This document shows positions 48,058 to 57,160 of a stretch of DNA of 64,000 bases, piece by piece (position 1 is the first letter of the stretch; each line of letters opens with the position of its first letter). The DNA comes from Nannocystales bacterium (lineage in GTDB: Bacteria; Myxococcota_A; Polyangia; Nannocystales; Nannocystaceae). The DNA lies in assembly GCA_050633305.1 (NCBI GenBank), contig JBOEGF010000047.1:54514-118513 (forward strand), read 5' to 3'. The notes under the pieces are model-generated. The model had not been told where the DNA came from and ran no database searches. It was given only the letters and a program-made list of their open reading frames with translations. A program made the position numbers and the translations under genes.

Positions 48058-48888
48058 CTAGAGCCCGTCGAGCGGGTCGTCCCCGCTGCCGAGGTTGATC
48101 TTCTTCTTGCGGACTTTGGTGACCGGAGCCGGATCGTCCGAGGCTGCCTTCGGCTTGGCAGCCTTCGACTTGGCGCCACCCCGGGACTTCTTCTTGCCCG
48201 TCTTCTTCTTGGTGGTCTCTTGCTCTTCCTCGGTCGCGGCGATCTTCGCCTCGAGGGCCTGCTTCTCGGCGAGCAGCTTTGCACGCTCGGCGTCACTCTT
48301 CGTTTCGCTGAGCTGCTTGTTGATGCCGGCCAGCTTCGCGTCCTGCTTCTTGCGCTCTTTTTCGAGTCGCTCCAGCGTCGCCTGGAAGCTCGCGCGATCT
48401 GCCGCGGCCTGCTCCTCGATCTTCGCCCGCTCAGCCGCCGCAACCGCAGCTTTCTCGGCGGCTTCTTTCTGGCCGCTGTAGTACATGAAACCGAGTCCGC
48501 CGAGGCCCAGGACGAGCAGCGGGACGACGAACAACGGCCACTTCGGCTTCGACTTCTGCTCCGCGAGCTTCATCTGCGCGTCGATGCGCATCTGCTCCTC
48601 GGCCAGACGAGCTTCTTGCTCTGCGCGGCTCCGCGCTTCGGCCTCGGCGACGCGGATTCGTTCTTCACGCTCCCGAGCTTCACGCGCGGCCTGCTCTGCG
48701 GCGAGACGCTCGGCCTCTTCGCGAGCCTGCTGCTCGGCGATTTCCCGAGCCTGACGCTCGGCAGCCTCTTGAGCGAGGCGCTTGGCTTCGATCTCCGACT
48801 GATGGTCTGCATGCACCTGCGCGACGCGATCCGCCTCGAGGTTCTTGAGCTCTGACAGCGCCATAAGCGCTGAGTTTTCCGAGTTCAT
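48058..48888 (-). CDS. Bitopic coiled-coil membrane protein (TolA-like composition)
   Basis: SD GAGGAGGAG; A/E/R coiled coil, one TM, K-rich tail ending GDDPLDGL. Confidence 0.8.
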   Translation of the reverse strand: MNSENSALMALSELKNLEADRVAQVHADHQSEIEAKRLAQEAAERQAREIAEQQAREEAERLAAEQAAREAREREERIRVAEAEARSRAEQEARLAEEQMRIDAQMKLAEQKSKPKWPLFVVPLLVLGLGGLGFMYYSGQKEAAEKAAVAAAERAKIEEQAAADRASFQATLERLEKERKKQDAKLAGINKQLSETKSDAERAKLLAEKQALEAKIAATEEEQETTKKKTGKKKSRGGAKSKAAKPKAASDDPAPVTKVRKKKINLGSGDDPLDGL

Positions 48889-49156
48889 GTCCTGGTCTCC
48901 TCCTCGTTCTACACACGGCCCGAAGCCGCCGATGTTCCCAAGTCCGTGGTGTGAACTTGGACGCCCCGCCGGGCATGGCTGGTTTGCGCCACACCGCCGG
49001 GAAGATTCCAACGCCCGCGGGGGGCGAGTCGGTCTTGGGCGAGCAACACGATTGATTCCGTTCGTAGGTCTGAACCCCCACCCCGGAGGACATCCCAACC
49101 CGGACAATCTGCCGAAATTTTGGGGCAATGACCAGCCCCTCGCTAGCGTCGGCTCG

Positions 49157-49699
49157 ATGTTCGCGCGAACCCCACGCTCCTGGCACTGCGCTCTGTGGGG
49201 CGCCGCGTTGCTGCTGCTCCCAGCAACCGGCCCTGTCGCGGCGCACCCGACTCCCTCCCGCGGCGAGCCCGCGGGCACGAAACTCTCTCAGAGTCGCGTG
49301 CTTCCCTACCCCGTCGAACAGGTCTGGGGTGCGGCGATTCGGTACCTGCGCGTCGATCGGGACTACGCGATCGTCGATCGGGACCCGGACACCGGCTACA
49401 TCGTGTTTGAAATTCCCCTGGGCGAGGTCCGAGGCCGTGGCGCGCTCGAAGCGTTCTCGACCACGGACCCCTCTGGACGGGTGAGTACCCAGATTCAGAT
49501 CAGCACCGAGGCCGGGCCCACCCACCTGCCGCACACCCTCATCGAGGGCATCGCAAAGAAGGTCCGAGGCGAGCGCGGGCAAGCGCCGAGCGCACCCGCC
49601 CCGAAGCCGCCGGCGTCCCCGCCCAAAAAAGATGAGAACGACGGGCACGCCCCGACGATGCCGGCGCCGGCAGAACCGAACCAGTTGCTGCTCGAGTAG
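49157..49699 (+). CDS. Secreted hypothetical protein
   Basis: Signal peptide; YPVEQVWGAAIRYLRVD helix-grip-like start; Pro-rich tail. Confidence 0.65.
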   Translation: MFARTPRSWHCALWGAALLLLPATGPVAAHPTPSRGEPAGTKLSQSRVLPYPVEQVWGAAIRYLRVDRDYAIVDRDPDTGYIVFEIPLGEVRGRGALEAFSTTDPSGRVSTQIQISTEAGPTHLPHTLIEGIAKKVRGERGQAPSAPAPKPPASPPKKDENDGHAPTMPAPAEPNQLLLE

Positions 49700-49702
49700 C
49701 CG

Positions 49703-50764
49703 GTGGGGTACGGGCTCTTCGTGGCCCGAACGTTCGATCTCCGCAGCGACACCGTCACCCAGCCGACCGATGCGATGCGGGCCGCGATGGCCGGCGCGCC
49801 GGTCGGCGACGATTGCTACGGGGACGACCCCAGCGTCGCGGCCCTGGAGCGCACCGTCGCCGACGCGCTCGGTCGGGACGACGCAGTCTTCTTGCCCTCC
49901 GGCACGATGAGCAACCAGCTCGCGGTACGGCTTCACGCCCAACCCGGCCAAACGATCGCCTGTCACGAGACGGCCCACGTCCGCATTCATGAGGACGCTT
50001 CCGCCGCGGCGCTGGGCGGGGTCCAGCTGATGCCACTGGGCGGGCGCACCGGGTATGACGTGGCGCAGCTCGAGGCATTGGTGCGAGAGGAGAGCTGCGG
50101 ATGGCCTCCAGTCGCGACCGCTTGGCTGGAGAACACCCTCGGAGACGCGGGCGGCGTGCCTTGGCCGCTGGACCGAGACGGCGCAGGTCTGCAGCAGGTC
50201 GCGGCTTGGGCGCACGCCCACGGACGCACGGTGCACCTCGACGGTGCTCGTCTATGGAACGCCCACATCGCAACGGGGACCTCGCTCCGGGAGCTGGCGG
50301 CGGTGGGCGACACGGTCAGCGTCTCGATGAGCAAAGGTCTGGGCGCCCCGGCGGGCTCGCTCCTCGCCGGAGACCAAGCATGGATCGACCGCGCGCGGGC
50401 GATGCGGCACGGGATGGGCGGCAGCATGCGGCAGTCGGGCATCTTGGCCGCTGCCGGCCTCTACGGGCTGGAGCACCACCTCGACCGACTCGCCGACGAC
50501 CACCGTCGCGCGAGCACACTGGCAGCAGCACTCCAGGACGTCCAAGGTCTCCGCGTCCGTGCGTCCACGACGAACATGGTCCTTGCTGAGGTCGAAGGCC
50601 TCCCTGCCGAAGCGCTCTGTGCTCCCCTCCGCGAAGCTGGCGTGTTGTGTCACCCCAACCGCTACGCCGAGGTCCGATGGGTGTTCCACCTGGGCATCGA
50701 CGACGACGCCCTCAGCCAGATCGCCGCGACCATCCGGACGGTCGCGGCGGGCTTGCATCGCTGA
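49703..50764 (+). CDS. ltaE: Low-specificity L-threonine aldolase
   Basis: DLRSDTVT, PSGTMSNQ, HLDGARLWNA and SKGLGAP motifs; start may be GTG 49721. Confidence 0.9.
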   Translation: MGYGLFVARTFDLRSDTVTQPTDAMRAAMAGAPVGDDCYGDDPSVAALERTVADALGRDDAVFLPSGTMSNQLAVRLHAQPGQTIACHETAHVRIHEDASAAALGGVQLMPLGGRTGYDVAQLEALVREESCGWPPVATAWLENTLGDAGGVPWPLDRDGAGLQQVAAWAHAHGRTVHLDGARLWNAHIATGTSLRELAAVGDTVSVSMSKGLGAPAGSLLAGDQAWIDRARAMRHGMGGSMRQSGILAAAGLYGLEHHLDRLADDHRRASTLAAALQDVQGLRVRASTTNMVLAEVEGLPAEALCAPLREAGVLCHPNRYAEVRWVFHLGIDDDALSQIAATIRTVAAGLHR

Positions 50765-50895
50765 ACGAGGCCACTCGCATCATGCGGCGGCCACACACGA
50801 GAGCGCCCCGGCCGTAGACGCGGAACCGGCTTGTCCCGGAGGGAGGGCCCCCCATCGACGAATCCGGGCCGCGGCGAAGGGACGCTCTCGGACCA

Positions 50896-51396
50896 TCACC
50901 GAGGTTCTTCTTCGACCCAGAAGTGCAGCCTGCACTCCCGATGGGGAACACTGGCCCCCGCGTGCGCGAAGTCGTTGGGCGAGTCCGCGTGGACAAAAAC
51001 GGACACCTTGCCGGTGCCTGTCGCGCCGCCCACCGTCCCCGCCGACAGTGTGTGGGTCTGCGTGATGGACTGACCGGGAAGCAGGGTGAGCGTCTGGTCA
51101 AACGGAGCCACATACGAAACACCTCGAACTCCGGTCAGGATGGCAAAGGTATTGACGACGTCCTCGGCAGCATTCGTGCCGACGTTATGCACAGACATCG
51201 TCACCTCGACGTCGGTCCCGAGGAAGGCGGTTCCATCCTCGCTGATCGAGTGCACCACACCATCGTTGAGATACGTTGCGGAGACCTCACAATCGAGCGT
51301 TGCCGTTGGTTGGGCGGGGCCGCCTCCGGGTGAAGGCGCGGCCCCCGGGGACACGAAGAGTTGCGAGAAGAATGCGAATAGGAGTGTGGAGAACAC
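50896..51396 (-). CDS. Secreted protein with Ig/CARDB-like fold
   Basis: Hydrophobic N-terminus; VEVTMSVHNVGT...LLPGQS...VFVHADSPN pattern; two Cys. Confidence 0.55.
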   Translation of the reverse strand: MFSTLLFAFFSQLFVSPGAAPSPGGGPAQPTATLDCEVSATYLNDGVVHSISEDGTAFLGTDVEVTMSVHNVGTNAAEDVVNTFAILTGVRGVSYVAPFDQTLTLLPGQSITQTHTLSAGTVGGATGTGKVSVFVHADSPNDFAHAGASVPHRECRLHFWVEEEPR

Positions 51397-51677
51397 GATC
51401 TGGGGATGCGAGGATCAGAATGTGTGACCCGAAATTCGTCCGACCTTTCTTCGAGGTTTGCGCAGGGCCAACCGAACGGCCGCTCCCGCCTCCCGCGGCT
51501 GCGAAGATCCACGCCAAGCCGCATCGTCAATAGAGGAGCCATTTGCCCAGAACAATCCGCGTCAGAGACGACATTCGGAGGCCACAATGCAAGGGTCACA
51601 TCGGGCGTGTAGCCGCATCGTCTTGTCGATGGACGAAAGCCCGGTCCGATGGCAGACCGCGCGCTGTAGCCCCGGCC

Positions 51678-52292
51678 TCAGGCCTCGGAGCGCTCGTGCG
51701 CTCGGCGTGCCCGCAGCGCGTCGGCAAGTCGAGTCTTCGCCCGGGAGAAGCGTTTGCGCAACACCACACTCGTCCGCTGTAGCTGCTCCGGACCAGGCTC
51801 CTCCTCCTCGCTCAACACCCGCGCGACGTCATTCCACGCCAGTTCTTTGTCGACCCGAAGCACCAGTAACAGCTGGTCTTCGGGAGAGAGCAACGCTCGA
51901 ATCTCCCGAAGTTCCTGTTTGTATGTGGTGCGCAGATACGGCGCTGTGGTGCTCGCGACCCGCTGGACAACATCGGGAAGGTCCGAGGCAGAACAAGGGC
52001 GGTCGGGGGCGGCCCGACGCCTGCGCATCAACCCAAACAGTGACCGCTTGGCGATCGTGTACGCCCACGCTCGGCACGGGCATTCGAAGCGGAAGTTCGG
52101 CATGCCCCGCCACACCTGCTCACAGAACATGCTGTAGGCCTCTGCTGCCTGTGACTCGTCGCGGGCCATCGCAACCAGGACCCCGAGGATCTCCGAGCCG
52201 TACGCCCGCAGCAACGCCGCCGTCGCGTCATCGTATCGCCCCTCCCCGCACAGCGGCTCGATCATCGACTCCATCGCCTGGGCGTCAGACAT
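51678..52292 (-). CDS. ECF-type RNA polymerase sigma factor
   Basis: Region 2 (WRGMPNFRFECPCRAWAYTIA) and region 4 (LSPEDQLLLVLR...LAWNDVA...RKRFSRAK); start ATG 52292. Confidence 0.85.
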   Translation of the reverse strand: MSDAQAMESMIEPLCGEGRYDDATAALLRAYGSEILGVLVAMARDESQAAEAYSMFCEQVWRGMPNFRFECPCRAWAYTIAKRSLFGLMRRRRAAPDRPCSASDLPDVVQRVASTTAPYLRTTYKQELREIRALLSPEDQLLLVLRVDKELAWNDVARVLSEEEEPGPEQLQRTSVVLRKRFSRAKTRLADALRARRAHERSEA

Positions 52293-52412
52293 TGCGGCCC
52301 AGGGTACTCGACGCAGGCACCTGTCGCCGGCCACTCGAACCTCGTACGGTGCTCGTATGGCGCGGGGTCGGCAAAGCCCCCTCCGCGAGAACCGGCCCGG
52401 CGTCCCTCTGCG

Positions 52413-55079
52413 ATGTCCAAGACCCCTGAGTACGAAACCGACGATGCGCTCGAGGACGAGTTGCGCGCCCTCTTGCGAGTGCCGCGAATCGACCCCGAGG
52501 CCTTGTTGGAACAGCTCGCGCCCTCGATGCTGGGCCCCGGCGTTCGTATCGATGACGCCTTCGTCATCGAGCGGCGCATCGCCCAAGGAGGAATGGGCGT
52601 GGTCTACCTGGCCCGCCACGAGCTTCTGAATCGCTCGGTTGCGATCAAGCTGTGTCGCCGACGAGCCACCGGGCCACAGACCCGTCGTCTCCTGCAGGAG
52701 GCGAGAACGATGGCAGCTCTGGACCACCCCAACGTGGTCCAGGTGCACCACGTTGGGATGTTCGACGACCAAGTTTACATCGCGATGGAGTTTGTCGACG
52801 GGGGAACGCTGACGGCGTGGTGCGCCGAACGTCCGCGCCTCCCCGCGGAGCTGATCGCGGCGTTCGTCGCCGCAGGTCGTGGACTCGAGGCCGCCCACGC
52901 CCTCGAGTTCGTTCACCGCGACTTCAAACCCGACAACGTGCTCGTCGGCGCCGACGGCCGGGTCCGGGTCGGCGACTTCGGTTTGGCCGCTGCGAACCGC
53001 GTGTCGGTCTTGGAAGTCGACGCAGCAACGCAGACCGACGACAGCGCCTCCGGAGTCGCTGGGACCCCGCACTACATGGCTCCGGAGCAACGTGCGGGTC
53101 TACGGGTCGGCCCAGCCGCGGACCAGTACGCCCTCTGCTTCTCGCTGCTCGAAGCGCTCGACGACGCGGCAAAGCGCCGCAAGGCCGCAGGGGACAAGGA
53201 GGAGCACGTACCTCGGCGGGTCCGAGCGGCGTTGGAGCGAGGGATACTCGCCGAGCCTCAGGACCGCCATGCGGATGTGTCCGCTTTGCTGAAGGTGCTG
53301 CAGGCCCGCCGACCGTGGTCGAGCTCGCGGGGGCTCGCGGGGGTGCTGGGCCTCGTCGGGCTCACAAGCTCGCTCGCGTGGTGTGCTGCAGCACCACCCA
53401 CGGTGGAGTGCCCGTCGTCGAGCCAGCGCATGGCTACGGTCTGGAGTCCGCACCGACAGCGCGCTGTGCTGGATTCGGTCCCTCGGCAGGAATCCCGGCG
53501 GCTGCTTTCGGAGGGGCTCGACCGATTCGCACATCGATGGAGTCAGGCCCACGCACGTACGTGTGACGCATCAGAGTTCCCGACGTCCGCCTTGCGCAAC
53601 GCATCACGAGCGTGCTTGCACGAAGCGAGCGCGCACTTCGACACCACCCTCGAAGCTCTCCTCGACCCCGACGGAGACGTCCGCGTGATGCAGGGCCTGT
53701 ACGCACTGCCAAACCTGCAACCGTGCCTCGACATTGCCACCCTCCAACGTCGTCTGACACACCAACGCAAGCCCGGTGACGCCGACCGTGCGGCGGAGCT
53801 CCGCGTCGAGTTGGCCCGAATCCGCGCCGGGGTCCAGTTCGCTGGGCAGCGATCGAACGTCGGCCGGATCGACGCTGCGATCCGTGGCGCACGTACACTC
53901 GAGGACCGCTCCATCTTGGCGCTCGCGCTGCTGCTTCGGGCCCGCGCCGCAGACGACGGGCCCTCCAACGCCGTCGAGTGGCTCGAACGAGGGTTCTTCG
54001 AGGCGGAGGCGGCGGGCGACGATCGCTTGCGCGCAGAGATTGGAACCCAGCTGGTGTACTTTCTCGGTGTCGTACGGGGCCGCCACCACGACGCGCTGGC
54101 ATGGGCGTCGCGGACCGAGGCCGTCGTGGCTCGACTCGGCGACGCGGGAGCCGCCGAGGCTGGCGCCCTCTTCGACAGCCTTGGATGGGTGCACCTCGAA
54201 CACGGACAGCTCGAGGAAGCGACCTCTGCTCTGCAACGTGCCGAGACGTTGAAAGTCGCCGCCCTGGGATCCGAGCACCCTTCCACATCCGCAACCCGGC
54301 TCGCGCTGGGACGCACCTGGCTCCGGCGTCGGCGCTACGCCCTCGCCCGAGAGGCTCTGGCCGCCGCATACAACGGTTACACCCACGCTGGAGATCTTCG
54401 GCACCCTGGCATCGCGAGAACACAGCTCTTGCTCGCCGAGCTTGCCGAAGAGCGGGCGGACGACCGCGAAGCGGTTCGCATGTTTCGCGCGGTCTTGGAG
54501 CGGTGGGAGGTCGAGTTCGGGCTGCACCATCCACGCCTGATCCTCCCGCTGAACAGTCTCGGCCGCGTGAAGGCACGGGTCGGAGACTTCGATGAGGCTA
54601 TCTCCGCCTACCGCAGAGCGCGTGCGCTTGCCGAACGCTCACTCGGCCCCGACGATGTGCAGACCGGCTGGGCGCTCGGCAACGAAGCGGAGGGCCTCCT
54701 CGCCGCCGGGGCGTACGTGCCCGCGCTCCAGGTGTTCGACGCCGCCGTGACGCACATGAGTGCACAACCCAGCCCGCTCGGCGGGCTCCTGACAGAGGCC
54801 CTGTCCGGACGCGCCGAAGCATCCCTCGCCCTCGGTCGCTTCCGCGCCGTGCTGCAAGATGCCGAACAGGTCATCGACACGTGCGAGACGGCGCCATGCG
54901 AGCCAGCCATCCTCGCTCGAGCCAGGTTCGCTCGGGGCCGCGCGCTGCGGGCCCTCGGCCGGCACGCACAGGCGCTTGCCCAAGTGCGCGTCGCGTTGAC
55001 CGAGCTTCCCGACGGGCGCAGGACGCAGCGAACGCTACGCCGGGCGATCGAACAGTGGCTGGCGCGCCACGGTCCATGA
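52413..55079 (+). CDS. Membrane Ser/Thr kinase with C-terminal TPR domain
   Basis: AQGGMGVVY, VAIK, HRDFKPDN, DFG and GTPHYMAPEQ motifs; TM segment; TPRs (LGSEHP, LGPDDV). Confidence 0.9.
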   Translation: MSKTPEYETDDALEDELRALLRVPRIDPEALLEQLAPSMLGPGVRIDDAFVIERRIAQGGMGVVYLARHELLNRSVAIKLCRRRATGPQTRRLLQEARTMAALDHPNVVQVHHVGMFDDQVYIAMEFVDGGTLTAWCAERPRLPAELIAAFVAAGRGLEAAHALEFVHRDFKPDNVLVGADGRVRVGDFGLAAANRVSVLEVDAATQTDDSASGVAGTPHYMAPEQRAGLRVGPAADQYALCFSLLEALDDAAKRRKAAGDKEEHVPRRVRAALERGILAEPQDRHADVSALLKVLQARRPWSSSRGLAGVLGLVGLTSSLAWCAAAPPTVECPSSSQRMATVWSPHRQRAVLDSVPRQESRRLLSEGLDRFAHRWSQAHARTCDASEFPTSALRNASRACLHEASAHFDTTLEALLDPDGDVRVMQGLYALPNLQPCLDIATLQRRLTHQRKPGDADRAAELRVELARIRAGVQFAGQRSNVGRIDAAIRGARTLEDRSILALALLLRARAADDGPSNAVEWLERGFFEAEAAGDDRLRAEIGTQLVYFLGVVRGRHHDALAWASRTEAVVARLGDAGAAEAGALFDSLGWVHLEHGQLEEATSALQRAETLKVAALGSEHPSTSATRLALGRTWLRRRRYALAREALAAAYNGYTHAGDLRHPGIARTQLLLAELAEERADDREAVRMFRAVLERWEVEFGLHHPRLILPLNSLGRVKARVGDFDEAISAYRRARALAERSLGPDDVQTGWALGNEAEGLLAAGAYVPALQVFDAAVTHMSAQPSPLGGLLTEALSGRAEASLALGRFRAVLQDAEQVIDTCETAPCEPAILARARFARGRALRALGRHAQALAQVRVALTELPDGRRTQRTLRRAIEQWLARHGP

Positions 55080-55119
55080 CCCCGGCCCTTCGAACGTGCG
55101 CGCTGCCCCACCCCCCATG

Positions 55120-55154
55120 AAAAAGCCCCGCCTGCCGAAGCAGCGCGGGGCTTT
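55120..55154. terminator. Bidirectional terminator
   Basis: AAAAGCCCCGC...GCGGGGCTTT hairpin between convergent genes. Confidence 0.7.
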
Positions 55155-55172
55155 GCGTTCCGGCGAGCGGCG

Positions 55173-56927
55173 CTACATCGTGAACGGATAAACCGCGCCG
55201 AGTTGCGACTTCTGGAACTTCTTGAACTTCGCCTTCTTCACGGCAGCCGCGACGCAGTTCCCCAGCGGGGTGCCGTTGTGCGGCGACTGTGCGGACGCCG
55301 ATGCGACGGTCCCCGTCGCGCCCGAGATCGAGAGCTTGACCTTCACCTTGGTGCCCTTGGAGGCGCTGTGCTTACCGCCGCAAGCTTTGGCCGCCGCCTT
55401 GTACGGTGCAACGCCGGCCCGAATGTCGGAGCTTGTCAGCGTGGCAGGCAGGTTGGAGTCCGCGGCAGGCTTGCTGCCGCCCGCGGGCTTCTTGCTTCCG
55501 CCCTTCTTGCACTTGCTGGGGTCGAGGATGCAGTCGACGCTGACGTCGCCCTTCTTCTTGCCAGCGGCCGGTTTCTTCCCGCCGCTCTTGGGCGGCGGAT
55601 CGCCGAACCCAGCGAGCGGGTCGTTGCCTGCAGGCTTCTTGCTCCCGCCCTTCTTCCCGCCCTTGGTCTTGCGAGGCTTCTTGCCCGCGGATCCTGCACC
55701 TGTGAGGGCGGCATCAGCGTCCGCATCGGCCTCACCTGCCGTTGGCTCGCCGTCGCTCTCCTCTTTGTCCTCGTCTTTGTCGTCGTCCTTGTCCTTGTCC
55801 TCGTCTTTGTCCTTGTCGTCGTCCTTGTCTTTGTCTTCGTCTGAGACAGACGGGGCGGCGCCCGGGACTTCCTTGACGATGACCTGCGGCTGCTGATCAG
55901 GCTTGAGCAGGATGTAGGCCGCCAACCCGCCCAGGGCGAGGATCAGCAACACCATGAGGATGTAGATCGGGGCGTTGGAGCGCTGCGGTGGCGGCGGTGC
56001 AGCTGCGGCTGCGGCTGCGGCTGGCTCCGGCACAGGCGAGACCACCAGCGGCGCGGCGGCAAGACCCCCGAGTCCACTGCCACCGAAGCTCGGGAGCGCA
56101 GCGTCATCGGCCGCGGGAGCTGCTGCCGATGCGGCCACTTGCTGTTCATTGCCGACCATCGAGCCCAGCGCGCGAATGTCGATCAGCCCGGAGCCTTCGG
56201 AACCCGGTGCAGCAGTGGCGAGGCCCTTGGTCCCAACTTGTTGGTTGGATCCGGCGGTCGGCTTGTTCTGCTGCGCTTGCGCGGCGCCCGGAGACGCCAA
56301 CGCCTGGAGCGAATCCAGCGAGAACAAGACGGAGTTCTCGTTGCGCTGGCCGGTCAGGTTGGAGACGCGCGGCGAAGCCTGCCCGGGACCCTGGCCAAGA
56401 TCTTGGGCCGGGGCAGCGGCAGCTACCGCGGCGGTCGCTGCAGCCGCAGCACCGGCCGCATAGTCTTCTTGGTTCGCGTTCGCGAACGGGTCGTCGTCGT
56501 CCTGCGGCTGGCCGTACCCGTCGTCATACCCGGCCGCGGCCTGGCCATCATCCTGCCCTGCATGTCCTGCGTGGACACCGTCGGGGAGATCGGCGAAGGA
56601 CGGAACGTCACCCAGAGGGATCCAGTCCTCAAAGCCCTCCTGCCAGACGGCAGTGTCCTTGTCGATTTCGCCAGCGCTGTAGCGAGCACGGACGTCGTCT
56701 TCGGCGAGCGGGCCAACCGTCTCTCCGTTGATGGCGAGGTGCCACCCCGGAGCGCCTTGGTCGGCATCGGCGTCGGCACCGGCATCGGCGGCATCGGCGG
56801 CGACGCCCTTGTCCCGAACGATGATGACGTTGCCGCACTTCTTGCAGCGAATCTTGAAGGTTTTCCCGCGGACCTTCTCATCCGCGATGGAATACTTCGC
56901 AGCACACTTGTCGCATTCGATCTTCAT
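55173..56927 (-). CDS. AgmX/GltJ-like protein: zinc ribbon, GYF_2 domain, TM, C-terminal TonB-C-like domain
   Basis: MKIECDKC...IRCKKC; GYF_2 motif WH...GP...VWQEGFEDW; TM; C-terminal C...VKLSI...GNCV domain. Confidence 0.8.
   Translation of the reverse strand: MKIECDKCAAKYSIADEKVRGKTFKIRCKKCGNVIIVRDKGVAADAADAGADADADQGAPGWHLAINGETVGPLAEDDVRARYSAGEIDKDTAVWQEGFEDWIPLGDVPSFADLPDGVHAGHAGQDDGQAAAGYDDGYGQPQDDDDPFANANQEDYAAGAAAAATAAVAAAAPAQDLGQGPGQASPRVSNLTGQRNENSVLFSLDSLQALASPGAAQAQQNKPTAGSNQQVGTKGLATAAPGSEGSGLIDIRALGSMVGNEQQVAASAAAPAADDAALPSFGGSGLGGLAAAPLVVSPVPEPAAAAAAAAPPPPQRSNAPIYILMVLLILALGGLAAYILLKPDQQPQVIVKEVPGAAPSVSDEDKDKDDDKDKDEDKDKDDDKDEDKEESDGEPTAGEADADADAALTGAGSAGKKPRKTKGGKKGGSKKPAGNDPLAGFGDPPPKSGGKKPAAGKKKGDVSVDCILDPSKCKKGGSKKPAGGSKPAADSNLPATLTSSDIRAGVAPYKAAAKACGGKHSASKGTKVKVKLSISGATGTVASASAQSPHNGTPLGNCVAAAVKKAKFKKFQKSQLGAVYPFTM
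55764..55841 (-). repeat. Low-complexity (D/E)-K coding repeat
   Basis: DEDKDKDDDKDKDEDKDKDDDKDEDK. Confidence 0.7.
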
Positions 56928-57160
56928 TCGGGGGTCTTCCGCCGGGAGACGAGCCGCGCTGGGGCCGGTCTCCGCTGTCCGTTCAAGGTTTTGCTTGCAA
57001 CTTCCGAGGGTTCCAAGCGTGGGCAGTATACGTGCAGCCTCACGTCGCACACAACCGCGCAGCCGCGCAGGTAGCCAGGATCAGCACCCACCTTTGTGTT
57101 CACTGTGTGCATGGTGAGGGCCGAGAGAGCCCCCACCCATCCGAGGGGTCGCGCGAGGGC

